Positions 1 to 7,959 of a stretch of DNA of 64,000 nt are shown in pieces. The translations under genes and the position numbers were made by a program. The notes beneath the pieces are model-generated. The model saw only the letters and a program-made list of their open reading frames with translations, was not told where the DNA came from and made no database searches. Each line of letters begins with the position of its first letter. Position 1 is the first letter of the stretch. The DNA comes from Patescibacteria group bacterium (lineage in GTDB: Bacteria > Patescibacteriota > Patescibacteriia > SG8-24). The stretch is taken from positions 14,609-78,608 of the forward strand of contig JAQTNC010000002.1 of assembly GCA_028714475.1 (NCBI GenBank). Direction: 5' to 3'.

Positions 1-30
1 CCATGTGGCGAAAAGGCGCAAGCCACACCG

Positions 31-51
31 CAAGACCTGACCCCGTTTTCC
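31..51 (-). repeat. Copy A1 of recurring motif (reverse orientation): caagacctgaccccgttttcc, the reverse complement of GGAAAACGGGGTCAGGTCTTG
   Basis: Direct read. Matches the 3611/5837/7816 copies over ~20 nt. Confidence 0.6.
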
Positions 52-164
52 ACACTACCGCCGCCTAGTGATGTTCCGAGCGGAATAAAAGGAGGGTCTT
101 GCTGAATGTTTTCACAATTTGAAATATGTGAAATTCGATAATACATGCTATTCTTGATTCACAT

Positions 165-186
165 CCCAAGACCTAATCCCAAAACG
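165..186 (-). repeat. Degenerate copy A2 of the same motif (cccaagacctaatcccaaaacg), 130 bp from A1 in the same orientation
   Basis: Direct read. Resembles the right arm of the 3611-3666 palindrome (tcaagatctaacccaaaa). Confidence 0.4.
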
Positions 187-388
187 TGTGGAATACCCAC
201 TTGTTTGGTCAAAAACCCGCCATCCATCGATGACGGGTTATTGAGTTAGCGCGACGCCACGATGCCCGGAGCCTCAAAAACGACCTTGGCAGGGAATGGA
301 ACTGGGTAAAATCAGCGCGCTGCATTTTATGTAAAAATCATATATAGTCTAATCACAGAAAAGAGGCGGCATTGCTAATAAGATCCAT

Positions 389-1126
389 ATGGATATAAAC
401 GAATCCCACCCAAACGCTAAAAGCAATCTTAAGAATAGAACGGAAATTTTGGAATATTCCCTCACCATCGAAGATGCCATTGATTCCTTGTTGCTCATGT
501 ATTTGGGCATATATGATAAAAAGAAATCCAAAGGGCCTCAAGTATCAAAAACAAAATTTAACGTTAGTTTTCAAAGCAAAATAGATTTGTTGTTTGACAT
601 AGATGTCCTGTCAAAAGAAGAACATTCAGATTTAGAATTATTAATGAATTTTCGAAACAAATTTCTTCACGAAATTAGATGTAATTCATATTTATCCGTA
701 GTAAATCTTTTTGATAATGGAATTAAGAATAGATTTAAGAAATATTTAAATAAAAATGGCAGCATAGAAGAGGAAGATTCATGTAAATGGGGGTGCTTCA
801 ATTTATATGGCAAGAATCTTCAGACAATTCAAAAAAAGGTTAAGGAAAAAATCGACCAAACTCAAGACAAGGCCAGTCTCGTTAATACTCTTCTAGCAAA
901 GAACGTAAGAATGATTGACATGTCTTTTGGTTTTGTTACTGACTTGCTTAAGGAAATGAAAAAGGCCGAATTAGAAAATCGTAAAATTCGAGCATTGGTA
1001 AGTTTGGTAGCGTCAAAATGTAAAGATTACACCGACGGTATAGGGGTTGATAGGAGAATGGCAAAATTAGATAAAAGAATGAAGAAGCTTCTTTCCGAGG
1101 AAAGAATAAAAAAGTACCTTAAATAA
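389..1126 (+). CDS. Hypothetical Lys-rich protein encoded by a strongly AT-rich gene, with a HEPN-like R-x4-H motif (RNKFLH, residues 89-94). Candidate effector/partner of the downstream ATPase.
   Basis: 245-aa ORF, the only long ORF here. GC about one third versus 60%+ in the flanks. 12-nt gap to the next gene on the same strand. No recognisable housekeeping family. Confidence 0.5.
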   Translation: MDINESHPNAKSNLKNRTEILEYSLTIEDAIDSLLLMYLGIYDKKKSKGPQVSKTKFNVSFQSKIDLLFDIDVLSKEEHSDLELLMNFRNKFLHEIRCNSYLSVVNLFDNGIKNRFKKYLNKNGSIEEEDSCKWGCFNLYGKNLQTIQKKVKEKIDQTQDKASLVNTLLAKNVRMIDMSFGFVTDLLKEMKKAELENRKIRALVSLVASKCKDYTDGIGVDRRMAKLDKRMKKLLSEERIKKYLK

Positions 1127-1138
1127 AGATGCTCCGGT

Positions 1139-3445
1139 ATGCGGTTCAGAAAAATCAAGGAAATTATGGACAGCGACGCATTTGACTCCTTCGACTGGAA
1201 GGGGCCAGATTTTAGGCGCTATAACTTGATTTACGGGTGGAACGGCTCGGGAAAGACCACGACATCCAGAATCTTTCGGTCAATAGAGTGCGGCGCGGTC
1301 GCGACAGAATTGGGTGCGACCCAGTTTCAGGTGGTGACGGAGGACGGAATTATGAGGAACGTCGACATCACGGCTCCGTCCAATGGCGTCAGAGTATTCA
1401 ACGACGACTTCGTTAAGGAAAACCTAGAGTTCCATGAGTCCAAAACCAAGCAAATCCTCATAGTCGGCAATGCTAGCATAGAGGCGGAGGGCAAAATCAG
1501 GTCTCTGGAAGAGCGCAGAAAGGAAGCTGGCATAGAAAGGAAAGTGTTGGAGGAAAGCCTGGGCAAAATCAAGCCGCTCGACAAGATTCGCAAGGCCGCC
1601 AGCGACGAGGTGGTGAAGCAGTTTGCCAACACGCCGCTCGGCACCAGCGACTACAGCGGTCGCAAGTACAACAGAAAGGAAGTCGATGACCTTCTCGCGA
1701 AAAACATTATCACCGAGGCGAATGTCAAGTCGCTGGTTATCAATAAGCAGGAGGATATCGACCGCCGCCGCGAGGTAATTAAGAGCCAGCGCCAGAAGGT
1801 GCCGGTCTTTCCCGAAACGGTTGAGGACTTCTCGCAGGTGTTTGCCGACGCGAACCTGCTTCTTCAGGCCAGTCCGGCGGCAGAAAAAATTGACGAGCTT
1901 TCTAACGATGACGAGAGGAGATTGTGGGTGGAGGACGGCTACGCACTTCACACCGCTCGAGGCTCCCACGGCTGCCTATTTTGCGGTAAGACGCTCGACG
2001 GCGGATTCCTTGAGCGTCTCGCGAGGTTCTTCACAAAAGAGATGGACGAGGTCAAGAAGAATGTCGATGTAGCCATCGCACTACTGGACACGTCGCCCAT
2101 GCGCGGCGAGACGTCACAGCCGGACGCGGGTCTGCTGCTGCCCGACCTGAGCATCGAGTATCTATCCTTCAAGGCAGAGGCCGACAGGTACGCGGTGGAG
2201 ATTCGGGCGGCGATCGGCAAGATGACGCAGGCGCTCAAAGACAAACGGCAAAACGTCCAAGCGGTAGCACCCGGGCTTAAGATCGTAGAATACCCATCAA
2301 AGGCCATCACTGGTTTCAACGAGGTCATCGCAAAGATGGTCGCCACGATACACAAGCACAACGAGCAGATCGACAAGAAAATCGAGGCCGCCAAGGAGAT
2401 AGAGCTGCACATCGTCGCCAAGACGCTCGTGGAGAAGGACTACTTCTCGACAAAGGCCGAACATGATTCCCTGACTACGAAAATCGGCGGCCTGACCACA
2501 GAGATTGACGAGATCGAGCGTAAGGTCGCCGGTTTAAAATCGGCCATCCTAGACTCGGCGATCGCCATCGGGAAGATAAACGGGATGCTCGAAGAGTTTT
2601 TCGGGCGGGGCCACATTTGCCTCGAACCTGCCACGGGCACCGACTTGGGTTATGTTCTAAAGAGAAGGGGCAAGAATGCGAGGAACCTGAGCGAGGGCGA
2701 GAAGAACGCCGTGGCCTTGGCGTTCTTCCTGACAAAGCTCGATGAGGGAGACTTCAGCAAGAAGGATGGTTCGGTGGTCGTCGACGACCCCGTCGACAGT
2801 CAAGACGAGCTGTTCCTATTCCGCGCGTTCAGCCTAATCAAGCGGCATGTTAGCCCCTGCGGCCAAGTAATACTGCTCACGCACAACTTCCCGCTGTTCA
2901 ACTTGGTGCGTGACTGGCTTTCTCACGAGAACCGTAAGCGTCACAAGACCAAAAATGACTCGGTGTCCGAATTCTTCATGATGAGGTGTCTGAGAAGTGA
3001 GTCCAGTCACGAGACCGTTGTCGAGCCGCTCCATGACTTGCTGATGAAGTATAAAACGGAATACCAGTATCTATTCCACCAGCTGTACAAATTCGGCGCT
3101 GGCGAGGCTGGCGTCGACGTGCCCCTGATTCCGAACATCGGTCGCAAGGTGCTCGAATACTTCGCCAGCTTCAAGTGGTCGTGCGACGTGGGCGAGGAAC
3201 TCGGGGCGATTGTCCAAGAGAAATACGTTGACGCCCCTAACGCCACCACCGATCAAAAGGCCAACGGGGACTTCATAAAGAAATTCGTGGACGAGTATTC
3301 GCACGGCAAGGACTTCGGCAGGCCGATAACGGCGGCTACTTTTGAGGCAAAAAACGTAGCGGTTAACGTGCTCAAGCTGATTGAGACCGCCGACCCCGAA
3401 CACTACGACCGGCTCGTCGCTCTTTGCAAGGAGGACGACGAGTGA
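1139..3445 (+). CDS. RloC/PrrC-like (AAA_13-type) Rad50/SMC-fold ABC ATPase with coiled-coil insert and CxxC zinc hook
   Basis: 768 aa. Walker A GWNGSGKTT (aa 33-41, nt 1235-1261). ~450-aa charged, helical insert carrying CLFC at aa 279-282 (nt 1973-1984). ABC-signature-like LSEGEKNAV. Walker B VVVDDPVDS. H-loop LLTHN. ~180-aa C-terminal tail containing RSESSH (R-x4-H). Confidence 0.7.
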   Translation: MRFRKIKEIMDSDAFDSFDWKGPDFRRYNLIYGWNGSGKTTTSRIFRSIECGAVATELGATQFQVVTEDGIMRNVDITAPSNGVRVFNDDFVKENLEFHESKTKQILIVGNASIEAEGKIRSLEERRKEAGIERKVLEESLGKIKPLDKIRKAASDEVVKQFANTPLGTSDYSGRKYNRKEVDDLLAKNIITEANVKSLVINKQEDIDRRREVIKSQRQKVPVFPETVEDFSQVFADANLLLQASPAAEKIDELSNDDERRLWVEDGYALHTARGSHGCLFCGKTLDGGFLERLARFFTKEMDEVKKNVDVAIALLDTSPMRGETSQPDAGLLLPDLSIEYLSFKAEADRYAVEIRAAIGKMTQALKDKRQNVQAVAPGLKIVEYPSKAITGFNEVIAKMVATIHKHNEQIDKKIEAAKEIELHIVAKTLVEKDYFSTKAEHDSLTTKIGGLTTEIDEIERKVAGLKSAILDSAIAIGKINGMLEEFFGRGHICLEPATGTDLGYVLKRRGKNARNLSEGEKNAVALAFFLTKLDEGDFSKKDGSVVVDDPVDSQDELFLFRAFSLIKRHVSPCGQVILLTHNFPLFNLVRDWLSHENRKRHKTKNDSVSEFFMMRCLRSESSHETVVEPLHDLLMKYKTEYQYLFHQLYKFGAGEAGVDVPLIPNIGRKVLEYFASFKWSCDVGEELGAIVQEKYVDAPNATTDQKANGDFIKKFVDEYSHGKDFGRPITAATFEAKNVAVNVLKLIETADPEHYDRLVALCKEDDE

Positions 3446-3610
3446 TGAGCGTCGGCGGTGCTAATCAAACCGTCCTTCAGGACGAAGTTCGACAGCAGTC
3501 TCTCGAGTATGGCCCGCTTCTCGTCCCTCGTGCCCTCCTTGAGCACGTATTTGGCGTACGTCCTGACGTTGAACCCGGCCGCCGCCTTAGCCAGCTCGTC
3601 TGTCATGCCC

Positions 3611-3666
3611 CGGAAACGGGGTCAGGTCTTGAATCATCAGTTTTCATGTTAATCAAGATCTAACCC
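3611..3666 (+). repeat. Copy B of recurring motif (cggaaacggggtcaggtcttgaatcatcagtttt), forming an imperfect palindrome with tcaagatctaaccc 20 nt downstream
   Basis: Direct read. Preceded by the small hairpin ccccg-gaaa-cgggg. Sits about 165 nt after the stop of the 768-aa gene. Confidence 0.6.
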
Positions 3667-3725
3667 AAAATCCTGACGACCTTTGTCCAACGCTTCTTCG
3701 GCGCGGTCTGCAACATCTAGTCATG

Positions 3726-3734
3726 TGCTATAAT
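3726..3734 (+). promoter_or_regulatory. Extended -10 element TGcTATAAT upstream of the Zn-ribbon gene
   Basis: TGcTATAAT about 33 nt upstream of the ATG at 3767. RBS GGGAGGA 7 nt before the ATG. Confidence 0.4.
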
Positions 3735-3766
3735 ACAATCGGTCCTTTTTGAAGGGAGGAACCGAG

Positions 3767-4189
3767 ATGTTGACCATCAGATGTCACTTCCATCCGCGCT
3801 ATCGGGCCCATAGGGAGCCCAAGAACGATTGTGAGACCTGCCGGCTCCTTTACGCCTTGGCTCATCAGCAAGACGGGAACACCGAAGAGATTCTTAGGCG
3901 GCTCGGTTCAGGGCTCGCCGGAACAACTGGTGACGACAAGATGTCTGTAGCCCTGGAAGGCATGGAAACGGGCAGGGCCTCGACCCTGACGGTGAAGTGC
4001 AGCCATCACCAATATCAGGCCACCCGGAAACCAGGGTGGAATTGCGATGCCTGCTGGCTCCTCTTTGTGCTCAAGTTCCAAGCCCACAAGGACGGAGAAA
4101 GGCGACTCGGTCCCTTCAATCCGTACGCCTACGTCATCGGTCACGTGAATCTGAAAGCAGCCTGTGCCGCCCTGCTGATTGTCAGGTAG
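3767..4189 (+). CDS. Small protein with two tandem Zn-ribbon-like repeats (C-x-H-H/F-H ... C-x2-C)
   Basis: 140 aa. Repeat 1 is CHFHPRYRAHREPKNDCETC and repeat 2 is CSHHQYQATRKPGWNCDAC, each followed by a W/RLL(Y/F)xL motif. Strong RBS. Own promoter. Confidence 0.5.
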   Translation: MLTIRCHFHPRYRAHREPKNDCETCRLLYALAHQQDGNTEEILRRLGSGLAGTTGDDKMSVALEGMETGRASTLTVKCSHHQYQATRKPGWNCDACWLLFVLKFQAHKDGERRLGPFNPYAYVIGHVNLKAACAALLIVR

Positions 4190-4291
4190 ACGGACGGCAA
4201 GCATCTTCGGCTCCCGCTGGGAGCTTTTTGTTTAGCCCAATCGTCATGAAAATAATGGCTCGAATCCCAGCCTTGCGCCTAAACTGCAGGG

Positions 4292-4320
4292 TTGACAAAA
4301 TGCTTGTTATCAGATATACA
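4292..4320 (+). promoter_or_regulatory. Sigma70-like promoter: TTGACA, 17-bp spacer, TATACA
   Basis: ttgacaaaatgcttgttatcagatataca, 60 nt upstream of the 4380 ORF. Confidence 0.45.
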
Positions 4321-4379
4321 TTTACTGTTCTGCCCTCAATCTTTTCGGAAAACACACATAGAAGGCGAGGCAATACGAA

Positions 4380-4565
4380 ATGAGCGACAAGCCGGCTGGA
4401 ACTTATCAGTGCGTTATCTGCTCGGCTACTTGGGACGGGTCACAGTTGCACGAAGACCCGATGAGTACGGGCCAGCGGTGGACTTGCGGCGATCCTTTCT
4501 GCGGGGCCAATGTCCGCAAAATCAGCGACGAGCCAAAAGCAAAGAAGAGTCCCGGTCAAACGTAA
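4380..4565 (+). CDS. Small Zn-ribbon protein (CxxC ... CGDPFC)
   Basis: 61-aa ORF. YQCVICSATW and WTCGDPFCGAN cysteine pairs. Consensus promoter upstream. Confidence 0.4.
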   Translation: MSDKPAGTYQCVICSATWDGSQLHEDPMSTGQRWTCGDPFCGANVRKISDEPKAKKSPGQT

Positions 4566-4738
4566 TGAAAGGCAGACGAATTCTTGAACCCGCCGTAGTC
4601 CATTGGACGAAAGCGGGTTTTTTAGCGTCCAAAATGCGGAACCATACAATTTAAGACTCCAAAAACACCCGTTCGTCATGGCATATCCAGGCGGTATGCT
4701 GGTATACTAAACCAGCGAATCAACCCTAAGAAACCCAA

Positions 4739-5857
4739 ATGAACAAGGCCATTCTATACAATGTTATCGGCGTACTGGCAGTCTTGGCGGTAATATTTTT
4801 CAAGATACCGGCGGTCTGGGTGGTTCTCGGGATTTTGGCGGTTTTGGTCATGGTCATCGTCAGCCCCTTTGTGCCCGCCGTCGAAAGCATCCCGAAGGGG
4901 TTCGTCGAAAAGAAATTCGACACGGGGAAAGTCATCCTGAATTACGTGGAAGGCCCGGACAACGGCCCGCCAATGCTTTTTATTCCGGGACAAACGGAAT
5001 TCTGGCAAGGCTATAAACTGGTCATGCCCAACTTCGCCAAGAAGTATCACGTCTTCGTCGTAGACGTCAGGGGGCACGGGAAATCGACCAAAACTCCTGG
5101 CGAATATTCCTACAACATCATCGGCGAAGACCTGAAGGCTTTTTTGGAAACGGTCATCAAGAAACCGGCGATCGTGTCCGGTTTGTCTTCCGGGGCCGTT
5201 CTCGCCTTGTGGTTGGCGGCCAACGCCCCGGAGTCGGTCTCGGCCGTCGTGAGCGAGGATCCGCCGCTCTTTTCCGCCATGTGGCCGCACATCAAGGAGG
5301 AAAAATACATGTATCGCCTGTTTGAAATCATGGTTGAGTGTCTCGGCAAGCCAAAACGGGACATCTTGGACTACTTCATGAAGCAGGGGATTCCCAAAGA
5401 CGGTCAGGATGAGCTGTTGCTGATTCCACCCTGGATCGCCAAGTTCATCGTGGGTGATTTTGAACTCAACAAAAGATTTCGCCCGTCAAAAAAGTACGAC
5501 GTGCCTTTGGCTCCCTTCAGCGGCCGGGTCGGCCTCAAGTTCATCAGTGAGTACGACGTTGATTTTTCCCGGGCCACGATTGACGGCCGGTTGACGGCAG
5601 GGTTCAATCCCGAGGAGACGTTAAAAAAAATCAACTGCCCCGTATTGTTGATTCAGGCGCTTTGGTCCAGGCACGCGACCTGGGGACTGCTGGGGGCGCT
5701 GGATGACAAAGACGTTGAAAAAATCCGCGCCCTGGTAAAAAACCTCCAGGTCGTAAAAGTTAAAGCCATCCATGATGTTCACTTGTCCAAGCCAAAAATT
5801 TTCATCAAGGCGGTCAATGAATATCTGGATAGTTTACGGAACGGGGTCAGGTCTTGA
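4739..5857 (+). CDS. Membrane-anchored alpha/beta-hydrolase fold protein
   Basis: 372 aa. Two N-terminal hydrophobic helices. HGxGxS-type VVDVRGHGKS. GxSxG nucleophile elbow GLSSGA. Stop codon TGA lies inside motif copy C. Confidence 0.75.
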   Translation: MNKAILYNVIGVLAVLAVIFFKIPAVWVVLGILAVLVMVIVSPFVPAVESIPKGFVEKKFDTGKVILNYVEGPDNGPPMLFIPGQTEFWQGYKLVMPNFAKKYHVFVVDVRGHGKSTKTPGEYSYNIIGEDLKAFLETVIKKPAIVSGLSSGAVLALWLAANAPESVSAVVSEDPPLFSAMWPHIKEEKYMYRLFEIMVECLGKPKRDILDYFMKQGIPKDGQDELLLIPPWIAKFIVGDFELNKRFRPSKKYDVPLAPFSGRVGLKFISEYDVDFSRATIDGRLTAGFNPEETLKKINCPVLLIQALWSRHATWGLLGALDDKDVEKIRALVKNLQVVKVKAIHDVHLSKPKIFIKAVNEYLDSLRNGVRS

Positions 5858-5869
5858 ACTATCAGTTTG
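5837..5869 (+). repeat. Copy C of recurring motif (cggaacggggtcaggtcttgaactatcagttt)
   Basis: Matches copy B over >30 nt. Contains the stop codon of the hydrolase gene. Confidence 0.65.
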
Positions 5870-6021
5870 ACCAGTCGTCGCCTCATTGTCGCCGCTGGCC
5901 CTTTTTTGCTGTAATTTACCAACTAAAAGGCCTACGGTGTAGGCGGGCCGTTAAGTGTAATCACGGCGATAATCGGTTGTTGTATTGGTTTGTCGTAGTG
6001 GTTAGTAGAGACGGCGGAGAC

Positions 6022-6053
6022 AAAAGACGGGTTTAACCCGTCTTTTGTTTTTG
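6022..6053 (+). terminator. Rho-independent terminator (aaagacggg-ttta-acccgtcttt plus T-run)
   Basis: Perfect 9-bp stem followed by TTTTGTTTTT. Confidence 0.6.
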
Positions 6054-6112
6054 ACCCGCGACGGCGTCGGCGTTACAATGCCCGTATAATTCTTCACCTT
6101 CTTTTTGCTCAT

Positions 6113-6922
6113 ATGCGTGCAAAACATCTCATCTCCACTTCATTGTTATTGGCATCGCTCGCGCTCGTCGGCTTTGGTTGTGGCCAGAAGGCGTCCGTAT
6201 CCACGAACGCGTCGCCGGCCGCCAACAAGCAGCCCGCCGCGCCGGCCGAGAGGCCGAGCACTACGACTTCGGACTCCTGCGGCAACCCGTATTACCCGTT
6301 CAAGCCCGGCTTGACCATCGCCTATAGCGTCACGCCGCCAGCGAACACCCCGGGAGATGCCGACTACACGGTCCGCACCGTCAGCGTATCCGGCAACAAG
6401 GCCACGGTGCGCACCGAGATGGCCGGCGGCGTCACTGCCGACATGGAGGCCGACTGCGCGAACGGCTCCGTTGAGATGAAGGGGTCGTCTGGGCTCGGCG
6501 CCGACGTCCAGGGGTTCAAGACGACCGTCATCTCGTCGAGCGGCACATTCATGCCAGCGGACGTCTCGGCCGGTTCCACCTGGAGCAACTCGAAGACGGT
6601 GAGGATGGATTCGGCCGGCGGCTCGGCCGCGGCTGCGGCCATGGGTTCGCTCATCATGACTACGACGGAGCAGAGCCGGGCGGTCGGCGAGGAATCGGTT
6701 ACGGTTCCGGCCGGCACGTATAAGGCGATGAAGGTCGAGTCGACGCAAACCACGACCTCCAAGTTTTCGGCTACGCCGGCGGGCACGCAGTCCAGCGAGA
6801 TGCCGCCGTCGACTTATACGTCCACCGAATGGTTGGTGAAAGGCATCGGCATGGTGAAATCCGTGACGAAGGGCGAGGGCGGCACCTCGACCACCGAGGC
6901 GAAGTCGATCACCGGGCTTTGA
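6113..6922 (+). CDS. Ser/Thr-rich lipoprotein, function unknown
   Basis: 269 aa. Signal peptide with lipobox LVGFGC. Low-complexity T/S/A-rich sequence. The antisense ORF 6146-7003 is judged a GC shadow. Confidence 0.6.
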   Translation: MRAKHLISTSLLLASLALVGFGCGQKASVSTNASPAANKQPAAPAERPSTTTSDSCGNPYYPFKPGLTIAYSVTPPANTPGDADYTVRTVSVSGNKATVRTEMAGGVTADMEADCANGSVEMKGSSGLGADVQGFKTTVISSSGTFMPADVSAGSTWSNSKTVRMDSAGGSAAAAAMGSLIMTTTEQSRAVGEESVTVPAGTYKAMKVESTQTTTSKFSATPAGTQSSEMPPSTYTSTEWLVKGIGMVKSVTKGEGGTSTTEAKSITGL

Positions 6923-7147
6923 CGCGTAACGGCACCTGCTTAACGTACGGAACGGAAAAGAGGACGTCCGGCTCGGGCGTCCTCTTAATGTGCGTCGGCT
7001 CACCCGAAAGTTTCCGGCAGAAAGCCCTCAACAGCTTCGATTTTGCAGCCGAGCAGCCGCCGCCGGCGAAGCCCCGGGCTGCGGCCCGGGTGAGCGGCGG
7101 GTGAACCGGAATACCTACCCCAAACATTTGGTGTAGAATAGAATCAT

Positions 7148-7546
7148 ATGCAAAACAACATGCCCAAATTCCTTTATTGGACCCCAAGAATTCTATCGAT
7201 ATTGTTTATTTGCTTTTTGGCAATATTTTCGTTGGATGTAATTTCTCCCGGATTAGGTTTTTGGCAAATAGCTATTGGATTATTCATGCATAATATTCCG
7301 GTATTCGTCTTGACGGCCGTTTTGGTTATTTCGTGGAAACACGAACTCGTCGGCGGAATCGTTTTTAGCCTAGTCGGGCTACTCTTTGCCGCCAGGATGG
7401 TGATTACTATGCTGACGAACCGGTTTGAATGGGGTGGGCTGTTTGGAGCCCTGCCGCTGGCCGTTCCAGCGCTTCTGATAGGAATATTATTTATTACTGG
7501 GTGGCTTAAAAAGAGGACTGGCCGTAGTGATGTATCCGTGAAATAG
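7148..7546 (+). CDS. Small integral membrane protein (4 predicted helices) encoded by a relatively AT-rich gene
   Basis: 132 aa with hydrophobic helices. Lower GC than the flanks. Confidence 0.5.
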   Translation: MQNNMPKFLYWTPRILSILFICFLAIFSLDVISPGLGFWQIAIGLFMHNIPVFVLTAVLVISWKHELVGGIVFSLVGLLFAARMVITMLTNRFEWGGLFGALPLAVPALLIGILFITGWLKKRTGRSDVSVK

Positions 7547-7601
7547 GTTCTGACTTCGTCTACAGTACGGACACAAAAAGTCAGAACTTGTTGGGATGTG
7601 A

Positions 7602-7925
7602 ATGCCTATGCGCCGATTCAACATCAACGAGCTCGCCGACTGGCAGTCGCCGGAGCGGCGCGATGACTTGCCCAAGTGTGAATTCTCGGGCAAGGACATG
7701 CACCCGAACGAGCGGAGCGCAAAGGCCGCCGCAACTTGGCGCGAATCGCAGGCCGGGACGCCGATGGGCGTCTATTTTTGCGTGTGGTGCAAAGCTTGGC
7801 ACCTGACGTCTTCCCGGGTAACGGGGTCAGGTCTCGGACGTGAATTCCGCGGCGTCCCGACCCCCCTTACCGACCATCGGCACCAGCCTTCTCGCCATAT
7901 TGACATTGCATTTGTAACCTCCTAA
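7602..7925 (+). CDS. Small Cys-containing protein (CEFSGK ... CVWCKAW). The C-terminal 29 codons read through motif copy D.
   Basis: 107-aa ORF. Preceded by the hairpin gttctgactt-N21-aagtcagaac. Confidence 0.35.
   Translation: MPMRRFNINELADWQSPERRDDLPKCEFSGKDMHPNERSAKAAATWRESQAGTPMGVYFCVWCKAWHLTSSRVTGSGLGREFRGVPTPLTDHRHQPSRHIDIAFVTS
7816..7866 (+). repeat. Copy D of recurring motif (gggtaacggggtcaggtctcgg), forming an imperfect inverted repeat with cgtcccgacccccc
   Basis: Direct read. The TTGA of copies B/C is TCGG here. Confidence 0.55.
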
Positions 7926-7959
7926 GGTTGATTTAAAGGTCTTTTTGTGGAGGTGCAAG

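Noticed and set aside
3403-3606. 67-aa minus-strand ORF (MTDELAKAAAGFNVRTYAKYVLKEGTRDEKRAILERLL...) that abuts motif copy B and overlaps the last 43 nt of the 768-aa gene
   Set aside because: Protein-like composition, but no SD and it overlaps a strong gene convergently. It could be a remnant of a displaced cassette gene, but I cannot support it as a feature.
6958-6986. Hairpin aagaggacg-N10-cgtcctctt after the lipoprotein gene, as a terminator
   Set aside because: Good stem but no downstream T-run. Could be an RNA stability element. Not called.
6146-7003. Long antisense or alternative-frame ORFs in GC-rich genes. Examples: 6146-7003(-), 15632-16291(-), 19427-20893(-), 21971-22897(+), 23490-24767(-), 31360-31920(-), 36077-36922(-), 42997-44514(-), 44735-45733(+), 45744-46262(-), 46186-46875(-), 49120-50121(+), 52863-53297(-).
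   Set aside because: Arg/Ala/Gly/Pro-rich low-complexity translations opposite genes with clear family signatures. These are typical stop-codon-poor shadow ORFs of high-GC DNA.
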